From Enterobacter phage EC-F2, in the sequence record MN508624.2: a stretch of 64,000 bases of DNA; one strand, 5' to 3'. Shown in pieces: positions 37,966 through 46,983 of the stretch. Position 1 is the stretch's first letter. Every line of letters begins with the position of its first letter. A program made the translations under genes and the position numbers. The notes below the pieces were generated by a model. That model searched no databases. It saw only the letters and a program-made list of their open reading frames with translations, and had not been told where the DNA came from.

Positions 37966-39389
37966 TCTTTAATACGATTGAATGTGTTCCGTCAAGCGGT
38001 AAAACAAAGGCGATTCTGAACCATATCAATCAAACGGGCGAAAAAGCAATCATCGCTTCGATTTCCATGATGTTATCAAAACAGTCTTATGACTACTACA
38101 TCAACCAGGTAAAAGGGAAACGAGCGGTGATTGTGGACACGGATCACCGAACCAAAAGAACCAATAATGATGCGCTGCGTGAGGTTGTCAAAGATTATGA
38201 TGTGATCTTTATCACTCATGCAGCACTCAAAAACATTGATGACTTTGATTTGTATAAGGATTTTTCCCTGTATATTGACGAAGTTCCTGATTTGGTTGCG
38301 TTCGAAAGTCTGCGATTTAATAGCAATATCAAGCACATACGCGAGATTTGCTTGCCGTTTAGTTGCAATGCCGATGATATCGTTGATTTAAAACTTGACG
38401 AAGAAAAACGAGAACTGGTTACACGATTAGCCTATGATGGTCTTCGTAAACGTGATGATATCGCAATGAAGATGTTCCCGCTTTACCGTGCTCTGTTAGG
38501 GGCTATTCCGGTGAAGATGCAATGTAGCGATTCGGGATATGTCTGTTACTTCGTAGAGGATCATGACGTAAGCCAGTGGAAGTTCAAAAATGTAACCATT
38601 GCTTCATCCAACATCAAAGACACAATTACAGGGAAGATCCTGCAAACGTTTCATGATGTGGAGTTCAAAGATTCATCGCTTCAAAAGCTGGTTGACTTTA
38701 AGCAATACAAAAACACTGGGCGCATACATATACATGTGCTCGCAGAGGGGGATTATTCGCGTTATACGGGCGATCTCTCTCAATCTGGGACGACAGTATA
38801 CACCCAGATTAAAAAACGCGTGGAGGCGCTTCTAGGGGGCGAACAGTTCATCTACTGCACCAACACGTATCGATCGAAGTTTAGCGAGGGGCAAGAAATT
38901 CCGTATAACTCGCACGGATTGAACTTCTATTCGAGCTATACTAACGTGGTAGCATTATTCAGTTACAACCCGTTACCCTGGCTTCGTCAAATGTTGCGAG
39001 CGGTTGCGGTGTCCTCTGGACTCGAAGAGGAAGAATTAGTTGATGCTTATGTTGTCAGTAAATATTACGAACCAGCCTTTCAGTTATGCGCTCGTTCTGA
39101 TATCCGACACAACAACAGCAAACGAAAGATTAATTTATTTGTGCCTGATATGCGGTTAGCGAAATACATGAAGGAAAAATATTTTCCTGATGCCATTATC
39201 GAAACCACAGAAGCAGTTCAAACGAAAAGGCAACGCAAATCATTTCAAACCCTTTTCCAAATGACGGACAAAGAGAAAAACGCTTTTACGCCATACAAGA
39301 AAAGAAACAAATTAGATTATGCGAATCCTCTTCATCACGCGATTGTTAAAGATTGGCTGAACAATTACCGTGAGAAAAAGGCGACTTGA
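37962..39389 (+). CDS. P-loop NTPase (Walker A VPSSGKTKA, Walker B LYIDEVPD), function unknown
   Basis: 475 aa with ATPase motifs in the N-terminal third. It sits directly upstream of gene 34, where T4 has rnh. Confidence 0.45.
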   Translation: MIFNTIECVPSSGKTKAILNHINQTGEKAIIASISMMLSKQSYDYYINQVKGKRAVIVDTDHRTKRTNNDALREVVKDYDVIFITHAALKNIDDFDLYKDFSLYIDEVPDLVAFESLRFNSNIKHIREICLPFSCNADDIVDLKLDEEKRELVTRLAYDGLRKRDDIAMKMFPLYRALLGAIPVKMQCSDSGYVCYFVEDHDVSQWKFKNVTIASSNIKDTITGKILQTFHDVEFKDSSLQKLVDFKQYKNTGRIHIHVLAEGDYSRYTGDLSQSGTTVYTQIKKRVEALLGGEQFIYCTNTYRSKFSEGQEIPYNSHGLNFYSSYTNVVALFSYNPLPWLRQMLRAVAVSSGLEEEELVDAYVVSKYYEPAFQLCARSDIRHNNSKRKINLFVPDMRLAKYMKEKYFPDAIIETTEAVQTKRQRKSFQTLFQMTDKEKNAFTPYKKRNKLDYANPLHHAIVKDWLNNYREKKAT

Positions 39390-39405
39390 TGGTCGCCTTT
39401 TTTGT
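39380..39405 (+). terminator. Rho-independent terminator overlapping the stop codon
   Basis: AGGCGACTTGATGGTCGCCT followed by TTTTTTG. Confidence 0.7.
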
Positions 39406-39406
39406 T

Positions 39407-39414
39407 TATAAATA
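39407..39414 (+). promoter_or_regulatory. T4-type late promoter TATAAATA upstream of gene 34
   Basis: Exact consensus 33 nt upstream of the ATG. Confidence 0.6.
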
Positions 39415-39446
39415 TCAGTATTGAATAAGATAAAGGAAAAACGATA

Positions 39447-42400
39447 ATGGTAGCTAAATCATTCCGCGCCACAAGTGGCCTTGATGCTGCTGGCGAAAAA
39501 GTTATCAACGTTGGTAAAGCATCGCGCTCCGTGTTGAGTGACGGCGTGAACGTTGACTTTTTTAACGAATTTAACACCGTACAACAGTACGATTCAACCC
39601 GTGGCTATGCTGCTTTCATGGCTATCATTTACGCGCGTCGTATCTGGTACGCTCGCGCTGATATCGCATCACCTGCGGGGGCTTTCGATGAAACAAAGTG
39701 GATCGCAACACGTAATGATCCAAAATGGGTATATAACAACGTAACCAATCCAGACGGCTTGCCTGTTGAGTCTGGTACGTACATGATGTGTGATGGGCGA
39801 TTCTCTGAACTATCGTACATTCTGCCAGATTCCCCGATTGAAGGTGATATTGTAACCTTTAAAGACGGTGGCGGTCTTGCTGGTGTCAACAGCATTCTGG
39901 TACGTTCAAACACTCGTCAGATCCGTCTGCGTGATATTCAGTCAAGCTCTTACCGACTGACTCACCCATATATGACCGTAGCGTTTATCTTCAACGGTAA
40001 CTTATGGCGTGTAGCGGAAATGCGTGATAACCGCGATTCTCAGTTTGTAAACGCAACTGGTTTGCTTCCTTTCCAAATGCAAGCGGGTATGGTAACATTC
40101 CGTAACAGCGGTACAGGTAAAATCACCCTCCAGTTGCCGAAGTATGCAAACGATGGTGATTCAATCACAACCTACGATCTGGATCGTCTTGCTTCGGTGA
40201 ACGTTGCGACTCTGCAAGTTTATCCCGGTAGCGGACACACGATCAGTTATGACGGTATCAATAACGTACCCTCTGTGACTTCACAGCGTTCCGGTTATGG
40301 TATTTTCATGTTCGATCAGGCTAATAACCGTTGGGTTGTTTATGACGGTGATCAGCGCGTTCGTCTGCGTCGTATCAGTGATGACCTGAACATGTTGCCG
40401 AACGATTACGTGTTCATCACTCCGATTGCTGTCAACCCACCAACTGTACGTAATGTAACGCTGACTCTTCCGCAAGATGTTGCAGAAGGTGATCGCGTAT
40501 ATATCAGTATGTACATGATGGGGAAAACGCAGAACTGTACAATCAAAGTTAAAGATGGTTCCGGTGAAAAGATCCGCACCAATAAAAACATGATGCAGTT
40601 CCCACAGCGTAAGGATTATCCGCCTGATGACTGGTTCAGTGTTGACTCTCTGACTTTCAACGCCGATACTGACTATCTTCCATATATGGAACTGTCATAT
40701 CTGAAAGCTACGAAAGAATGGGTAGTTGCACAGTATCGCCCGATCATTGAACGTGTCGATCCAACAAACCGTTCTCGTCTGGGTGTTATCGCACTGGCTA
40801 CACAGGCAGAAGTAAACAAAAACTGGGAAGATTTGCCGTCTGATGAACTGGCAGTAACCCCGCGCACATTGGCGAATAAAACCGCTACTGAAACGCGTCG
40901 TGGTATCGCTCGCCTGGCAACAACTGCGGAAGTTAACCAGAACACGACAGCAACCTTCCTTGATGACGTGATCGTGACGCCTAAAAAGCTGAACGAACGA
41001 TCAGCAACAGAAGATCGTCGTGGGGTGCTGGAAATCGCAACTCAGGCAGAAACAAACGCTGGTACTGATGACACTACCGCAATCACGCCTAAAAAGCTCG
41101 ACACACGCCGCGCGACCGAAACCCTAGCAGGTATCGGAAAACTCGTTACAACGGGGGCTACGACAGCGGAGGGGGCTTTACGTGGGGATGCTGGTACGAA
41201 CGTCTACAACTTCAATAACGGTGTTGATCTGATCACTCCGAAATCATTGAACGAGAAGACGGCGACCGAAAAGTCAAAAGGTCTGGTTGTTCTGGCGACT
41301 GAAAACGAAGTGGTGACTGGTGCTGCTGCGGGATCTGCTTCAATGCCGATCGTAGTAACTCCTGAAATGTTGCATCGCAAAACGTCTACTGAAACGCGTA
41401 TCGGATTGATTGAGATCGCAACCCAGACAGAAACGAACACGGGAACCGATGATCTTCGTGCGGTAACGCCTAAGAAGCTGAACGATCGCAAGGCTACTGA
41501 ATCGCTTGATGGTATTATTGCCCTCGCTACTACTGCGGAAGTTGCAGCAGGCACAGTGACGAATAAGGCAGTGGTTCCGGTTAAGCTGAAAGAGTTCTTC
41601 GACGTTACGAGTCATGTTGCGGTTGCAACTGCTGATGGTTTAACTCAGTCCGGTACTATCTGGACAACGATTAACCTGGGGATTGCGTCTGCTACTGAAA
41701 CACAGCGCGGTACTCTGCGCGTAGCGACTCAGGGTGAAACTGATGCGGGTACTCTGGATAACGTGGTTATCACGCCTAAGAAGCTGCAAGCGAAGAAAGC
41801 GACTGATACCGCCGAAGGTATTATTCGTTGTGCGACTAACGCGGAAGCGGGTGCTGGTACTGCTACTAACCTGGCAATTACTCCGGCTACCATGCAGTTC
41901 TTGAACGGTACTGATCCGGCATGGGGTGCAACGACAACTCGACGCGGTGCGGTGTTCATCACTACCAAATCGAATACGTTCATCGGTGATAATCTGGTTG
42001 GTTCTACTCAGCCCGTAGATAGCTATCTGGAAGATTTCTACGCTGTATCGCCTCGCGGTCTGAACTTTGCTCTACAAAACTTCTTACCGTTGAACGCAAC
42101 AGCACAGAACAGCCTGAAACTGGGCGGTGTGGTAGCTGCAAGCTGGATGCGTCGTGATGCAGATCAAACCGTAACGGGCAACAACACGTTCAACGGTACA
42201 AGCAACTTCGTTGGTAACGTAACCACTAACGGGACTCTGACGGCTAACGCTGCGGTAACTGTTAACAACACCGTAACCACGAACAATAACATTAACCAGT
42301 CTGCGAAAGCAAACACGGTTTATGCTAATACTGTTTTGAGTACAGCAACCGCTGGAACTAAAAACTTGCTTCGTACTTTCCGTGGTGGCGTGACGGATAC

Positions 42401-43106
42401 TACATGGCATGAAACTGTTCAGGGAACTACGTATCGCCTGGCAACTGGCACAACCGACACGACCGACGTTCTGACTGTTGGTGATGTATCTAACGGCACA
42501 ATGGCGTACTCCGGTACTACTCTGCGTCTGAATGGTAAAGCACTGGCTAACACGAACGCAACAGGTGATGTGACCATTGCAAGTGATGCAAGTCCTACGG
42601 TACAATTACGAACCGCTGCAACTAACGGTTGGAACGGTGTAACAATCAGTAATGATAACGGTGTGACTACTGCGACCGTGATCAACACCCGAAACTTTAC
42701 CCAGCATCTTGACAGTACCTATGTCAATACAGCGGGCGATACTATGACTGGTGCGCTGTCAGTTAGCGTAAACGGTACGGGTGGACGCTTTACCAGTGTG
42801 AGCGGTACGGCACATGTTCAGGCGGGTGATTTCTCTGGGAACGTCCAGAAAATGCGCTTAACTGGCATTGACGATAAGGTATTGACTGAGTTCAACATCA
42901 ATATCACCGATTACAACAAAGCGATGATCAACGGAAACCTGATTTATCATGCGGGTCGTCGTCCGACTCCTGCGGAAATCGGTGCTGTTGCGCTGGTGGG
43001 TTCAACCGTTGATACTCTGGTTGTTCGCGACTACATCAAAATCGGTAACGTGAAAATCTTCGCAAATCCAGTCACTAAGGCTTGTGAATTTGTGTGGGAG
43101 GAATAA
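39447..43106 (+). CDS. 34: Long tail fibre proximal subunit (gp34)
   Basis: 1219 aa. The N-terminus resembles T4 gp34 (DAAGEKVINVGKASRSVLSDGVNVDFF..NTVQQYD). The C-terminal region has motifs shared with gp37 (FRGG..DT.WHETVQG.TYRLATG). Confidence 0.9.
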   Translation: MVAKSFRATSGLDAAGEKVINVGKASRSVLSDGVNVDFFNEFNTVQQYDSTRGYAAFMAIIYARRIWYARADIASPAGAFDETKWIATRNDPKWVYNNVTNPDGLPVESGTYMMCDGRFSELSYILPDSPIEGDIVTFKDGGGLAGVNSILVRSNTRQIRLRDIQSSSYRLTHPYMTVAFIFNGNLWRVAEMRDNRDSQFVNATGLLPFQMQAGMVTFRNSGTGKITLQLPKYANDGDSITTYDLDRLASVNVATLQVYPGSGHTISYDGINNVPSVTSQRSGYGIFMFDQANNRWVVYDGDQRVRLRRISDDLNMLPNDYVFITPIAVNPPTVRNVTLTLPQDVAEGDRVYISMYMMGKTQNCTIKVKDGSGEKIRTNKNMMQFPQRKDYPPDDWFSVDSLTFNADTDYLPYMELSYLKATKEWVVAQYRPIIERVDPTNRSRLGVIALATQAEVNKNWEDLPSDELAVTPRTLANKTATETRRGIARLATTAEVNQNTTATFLDDVIVTPKKLNERSATEDRRGVLEIATQAETNAGTDDTTAITPKKLDTRRATETLAGIGKLVTTGATTAEGALRGDAGTNVYNFNNGVDLITPKSLNEKTATEKSKGLVVLATENEVVTGAAAGSASMPIVVTPEMLHRKTSTETRIGLIEIATQTETNTGTDDLRAVTPKKLNDRKATESLDGIIALATTAEVAAGTVTNKAVVPVKLKEFFDVTSHVAVATADGLTQSGTIWTTINLGIASATETQRGTLRVATQGETDAGTLDNVVITPKKLQAKKATDTAEGIIRCATNAEAGAGTATNLAITPATMQFLNGTDPAWGATTTRRGAVFITTKSNTFIGDNLVGSTQPVDSYLEDFYAVSPRGLNFALQNFLPLNATAQNSLKLGGVVAASWMRRDADQTVTGNNTFNGTSNFVGNVTTNGTLTANAAVTVNNTVTTNNNINQSAKANTVYANTVLSTATAGTKNLLRTFRGGVTDTTWHETVQGTTYRLATGTTDTTDVLTVGDVSNGTMAYSGTTLRLNGKALANTNATGDVTIASDASPTVQLRTAATNGWNGVTISNDNGVTTATVINTRNFTQHLDSTYVNTAGDTMTGALSVSVNGTGGRFTSVSGTAHVQAGDFSGNVQKMRLTGIDDKVLTEFNINITDYNKAMINGNLIYHAGRRPTPAEIGAVALVGSTVDTLVVRDYIKIGNVKIFANPVTKACEFVWEE

Positions 43107-43111
43107 TTTAA

Positions 43112-44704
43112 ATGGCGAATAACGAATTTATGGCGTTATTCGGCCCTGATAGTTTCACGGCGAGTGTGTTTTCAGAAGCAAACGCCGTGAAATATCGCCT
43201 TGTTGTCCGTGGAACGAATAACGATTCTGCGGTCAACTCGGTTGAGGTATCTATTAACGGGGCTGATATTATTAACAGACGAACACAAGCTGCTCGCGGA
43301 ATTAACCTGGCTGTCATTGATGGAACAACTTTAGCATTATTGGATTACAAAGCATTCGATATGTATGGTGATCCTGCTACGAACGGGAATGCGATTAAAG
43401 ACTACCTGAATTCACTTCCAGCGAACAGAATTGTGTGTTTTTATACTTTCGATGCTATCAAAAGTGACGATAACTTTTTAGCAACAATGAGGAAAATAGG
43501 TTCTGTTGCGTGGCCTGAAACTCGGTTCTTTAATATCCCGATCACCACAACCAACTATTCTCACCGTTCATCCTATTCAGCTATCTATTCATCCACGATG
43601 AAAAAGATCTGTATGGAAAACTTTGTCGGTGGTTCTGGTAGTCTGAAAGACAATACAACGAGTTTTGTTGAAGTTGTGTTTGATGAATTCAGTGATATCG
43701 GGGTAACGGGTATTCCAGAAAGAATGGTTGATGATGTTCAGACATACCAGAACAGCGGGGATCTTTACGGCTTCCATACTTACGGGCTATGGTCAATTGG
43801 TAATGATGTTTATCTGGGTGATATCTTCAAATTCACTGGGGATTTGTATTGTTCTAAAGAACTCCGTGATGCTGGGGGAGAAGTTCACCTGTATATGTGG
43901 ACAGAAAACGGTAGCGGACAATGGATCACGTCATCCATTCTTCGAACAACCGGACTAGCCCCCGATCAGTGGCATTCGTTATCAGGATATTTCACCATCC
44001 CGACCGATCCGCTAAATGCTCGAATGGGTTCACAGGTATATCATTACCCGTCAACTGTTAAAGTCGGGCTGGCGCAATGTCGTAACGTCCAGATCACAAA
44101 AGTACCGCGTGAAGAAATAAACCGCAATGGTGCTGCTGTTGGTGTGAATGGTGTTAGAATGCAGACACTTTCCGAAGTGGATTCAAGCGGAAATGAAAAC
44201 CCGATTGATAAATTGCTTTCTCTGCCTGTTTCGCCTACTGGTGTTGTCAGTGATAAGAAAATCATTTCACATAACTTTGCTGAACTTGATTATATTGTTT
44301 CTGATCCGGTTGAATACACTTCAACCAGTACAACAGAATATCAGTTTAAAGAATGGACTGCTACCCAGCAAGCGGCGGTAACGAAAGCATCACTAAGCAG
44401 TTATGGCTTAAAAGCTGGTGATACGATCCGTATGCAATGCCAAATGAAACGCGATGCAAACGCAATCGCCAACAATAAAGGTGCATATATCGTAATGCAG
44501 TTCTGGGACGCGAATAATACGTATATTTCAGGGATCAACATGCGTGATGTTGGTACGATACCTAACGTATATTCATTCTATAAAAACGAAGGTGTTGTTC
44601 CTGCTGGGGCGGTTACTTTCGATTTCGGTTTATATCGTTATCCAAACAGCACAAACATCGGTACGGTATCCGCTAAAGACGTTAAACTGTCAATCGTGAG
44701 ATAA
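43112..44704 (+). CDS. 35: Long tail fibre hinge protein (gp35)
   Basis: 530 aa, positioned between 34 and the distal fibre genes. Larger than T4 gp35 (372 aa). Confidence 0.7.
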   Translation: MANNEFMALFGPDSFTASVFSEANAVKYRLVVRGTNNDSAVNSVEVSINGADIINRRTQAARGINLAVIDGTTLALLDYKAFDMYGDPATNGNAIKDYLNSLPANRIVCFYTFDAIKSDDNFLATMRKIGSVAWPETRFFNIPITTTNYSHRSSYSAIYSSTMKKICMENFVGGSGSLKDNTTSFVEVVFDEFSDIGVTGIPERMVDDVQTYQNSGDLYGFHTYGLWSIGNDVYLGDIFKFTGDLYCSKELRDAGGEVHLYMWTENGSGQWITSSILRTTGLAPDQWHSLSGYFTIPTDPLNARMGSQVYHYPSTVKVGLAQCRNVQITKVPREEINRNGAAVGVNGVRMQTLSEVDSSGNENPIDKLLSLPVSPTGVVSDKKIISHNFAELDYIVSDPVEYTSTSTTEYQFKEWTATQQAAVTKASLSSYGLKAGDTIRMQCQMKRDANAIANNKGAYIVMQFWDANNTYISGINMRDVGTIPNVYSFYKNEGVVPAGAVTFDFGLYRYPNSTNIGTVSAKDVKLSIVR

Positions 44705-44725
44705 AGGGGCTTTCGCCCCTTTTTC
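44705..44725 (+). terminator. Rho-independent terminator after gene 35
   Basis: AGGGGCTTTCGCCCCT followed by TTTTC, then a CATAAATA late-like motif. Confidence 0.7.
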
Positions 44726-44755
44726 ATAAATACAGTCATTACAGGAGAAATTTTT

Positions 44756-46921
44756 ATGGCTGATTTGAAATTAGGTACAACGCTTGGTGGTGCGGGTATC
44801 TGGAGTGCTTCTAACCTTCCTCTATTGCCCTCTGGTGGACAATTAACGTATAAAGGCTGGAGAGTATACACAGAAAATGATCGACCAACAGCAGAAGATA
44901 TAAATGCCCTCTCGACGATTAACGGCGGGACTGTTGCAAAGAATACTACATTCAGTCAGAACGTGAATGTAGGGCAGGTGTTAACAGCAAATGATATTCT
45001 TTCTAATACTCGCGTACAAATTGCAAGAACAGGCGGTGCGGGTGCAAACTTAACATTTCGTCGTTATGACGTTACCGGAACCCCTTCTTCGGAAATTGGT
45101 ATCATGGATATCAACGTACACAACGGTTCAGGTCAGTTTGTTGGTGCATTTAACGTTAACGCACGTCCAGACGGCGGTAATAAAATATACTTCCGTGCAT
45201 ACAAAGATGGAACACAGAATACATTATTAACTATAGATTCTCAAACTCAACAGGTAACAGTTGAGCAAGGGTCTTTCCGTGTGATTGGGACTTCTGACCT
45301 CGGCGTGACGAACGCTGCATCAATGGCGGTTAGCGGTGCGGTAACTGCGAATACAGTAACCCCAGCAAATTGGGCTAACCATGATGAACGTTATATCACG
45401 GGTATTCCTCGCGGTATGTATGGAACAAGTTTCGGGGCTGCTGTTGTGACTGAAAAGAATGATGTTCTGACAGTAGGCGGTAACATCACCGACGGTCCAT
45501 ATGGTAACACTACGTATTACGGGCAGGTTGTCAACTATCGCCGTACACTGAATACTGGGGTTTCATTAGTTCAAACATACTTCGGGAACGAAATGTGGTT
45601 TCGTCTTGGATCAGGTTCTCCGGGTGCGTGGTCGTGGAACCAGGGTGATGCTAATGGCTGGCGACGTGTATACGATACGGTCACTCCACCAACTCCGGCA
45701 GAAGTGGGGGCAGTAAACAAAGCTGGTGATACCATGAGTGGTGTTTTAACCCTGGCGTCTACTGGTCAACCGCTTAAAACGCAAGGAGGCGGTATTTTTG
45801 CGAATGACGGAAACGTGTATATCAATAAAAGCGGATTTGCTGGATGGATTGATGCTTTATTCTTGAAAAATACAGGTGGTACTGTAACAGGAACAATTAA
45901 CCAGACAGGCGGGTATTTTGATACATCTACCGAAGGGAGAGGTTCATGGGCTTCACAAAACACCGCAAAAGCTCCAATTTTCCAAACCATTAACACAACA
46001 GCAACTTCCGAATACTGGCCTATTGTTAAACAGTATTACACACAAGCTGGTGGTGCTTGGTCTATGGGTACGTTGGTAAACACTAACCGATTTACCGTTC
46101 ATTACCGCACGAGTTCGGTAGATCGGCAGTGGTATTTTGACAATTCAGGTGAATTTGTATCATCTGGTGAAATTATTACCACCTCGGTAAACGGATTTCG
46201 TATCGCATATGGCAACACCGGATCATTTATTCGTAGTGACGGAAACAACACGTATTTCCTGTTGACAAATAGCGGTGATGTTTATGGTGGATATAACAAT
46301 TTGCGTCCGATTTATTACAGCAACACCACGGGTGCTGTTACAATGGGACATACGTTATCCGTTAATGGTCGTATTAGTCAATCTAGTAGTTATATCGACG
46401 ATGGACAATTATTGTTAAATGGTAGTGGTAGCGGACGTATAGATTTTATTCGCAGTGGTGCAAACCCTCGCGATATGACTATGTTCCATGCTGGTGATGC
46501 TTCTCGTGGAAACCGTATAGAACTTGCTGATACAACATCATATCTGGTTTATTTTGAGCGTCATCCGTCAAGTGGCATTCAGTTGGTAATGAACGGTAAT
46601 GGTAGTTTTAACGATGTATATATTCGTTCTGATGAAAGACTGAAAAGTAATTTCAGTAAGATTGAAAATGCATTGGATAAAGTTGATTTACTTGATGGTA
46701 TGGTGTACGACAAAGCAAATCATATTGGGGGTGAAGAAACTACCCGTGAGGCTGGTTTAGTCGCACAACAACTGCAAGAAGTATTACCGGAAGCCGTTAA
46801 GAAAGGTGTTGATGGTGAACAGAACGAGATCTTAACTGTTTCTTCTTCTGCTGTTATCGCCTTGCTGGTTAACGCGGTAAAAGAACTCCGTGAGGAAGTC
46901 AGGGAACTTAAATCCCGCTAA
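44756..46921 (+). CDS. Distal long-tail-fibre protein: gp36-like N-terminus, gp37-like shaft, C-terminal S74-type intramolecular chaperone (SDERLK)
   Basis: The N-terminus MADLKLGTTLGG..IWS..NLPLLPSG..TYKGWRVYTENDRP matches T4 gp36 (MADLKVGSTTGGSVIWHQGNFPLNPAG..LYKSFKIYSEYNKP). The shaft shares NTYF(L/M)LT..G..YG....LRP and GDTMSG motifs with its downstream paralogue and with gp34. The C-terminus DVYIRSDERLKSN...LVNAVKELREEV is an auto-cleaving chaperone module. Confidence 0.7.
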   Translation: MADLKLGTTLGGAGIWSASNLPLLPSGGQLTYKGWRVYTENDRPTAEDINALSTINGGTVAKNTTFSQNVNVGQVLTANDILSNTRVQIARTGGAGANLTFRRYDVTGTPSSEIGIMDINVHNGSGQFVGAFNVNARPDGGNKIYFRAYKDGTQNTLLTIDSQTQQVTVEQGSFRVIGTSDLGVTNAASMAVSGAVTANTVTPANWANHDERYITGIPRGMYGTSFGAAVVTEKNDVLTVGGNITDGPYGNTTYYGQVVNYRRTLNTGVSLVQTYFGNEMWFRLGSGSPGAWSWNQGDANGWRRVYDTVTPPTPAEVGAVNKAGDTMSGVLTLASTGQPLKTQGGGIFANDGNVYINKSGFAGWIDALFLKNTGGTVTGTINQTGGYFDTSTEGRGSWASQNTAKAPIFQTINTTATSEYWPIVKQYYTQAGGAWSMGTLVNTNRFTVHYRTSSVDRQWYFDNSGEFVSSGEIITTSVNGFRIAYGNTGSFIRSDGNNTYFLLTNSGDVYGGYNNLRPIYYSNTTGAVTMGHTLSVNGRISQSSSYIDDGQLLLNGSGSGRIDFIRSGANPRDMTMFHAGDASRGNRIELADTTSYLVYFERHPSSGIQLVMNGNGSFNDVYIRSDERLKSNFSKIENALDKVDLLDGMVYDKANHIGGEETTREAGLVAQQLQEVLPEAVKKGVDGEQNEILTVSSSAVIALLVNAVKELREEVRELKSR

Positions 46922-46924
46922 TTA

Positions 46925-46950
46925 AAAGCCCTTCGGGGCTTTTTCTTTTT
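46925..46950 (+). terminator. Rho-independent terminator between the two distal fibre genes
   Basis: AAGCCCTTCGGGGCTT followed by TTTCTTTTT. Confidence 0.7.
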
Positions 46951-46957
46951 ATAAATA
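46950..46957 (+). promoter_or_regulatory. T4-type late promoter TATAAATA
   Basis: Exact consensus 27 nt upstream of the gene 37 ATG. Confidence 0.6.
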
Positions 46958-46983
46958 TCATAAAAGCATTTGAGGATCTAATA

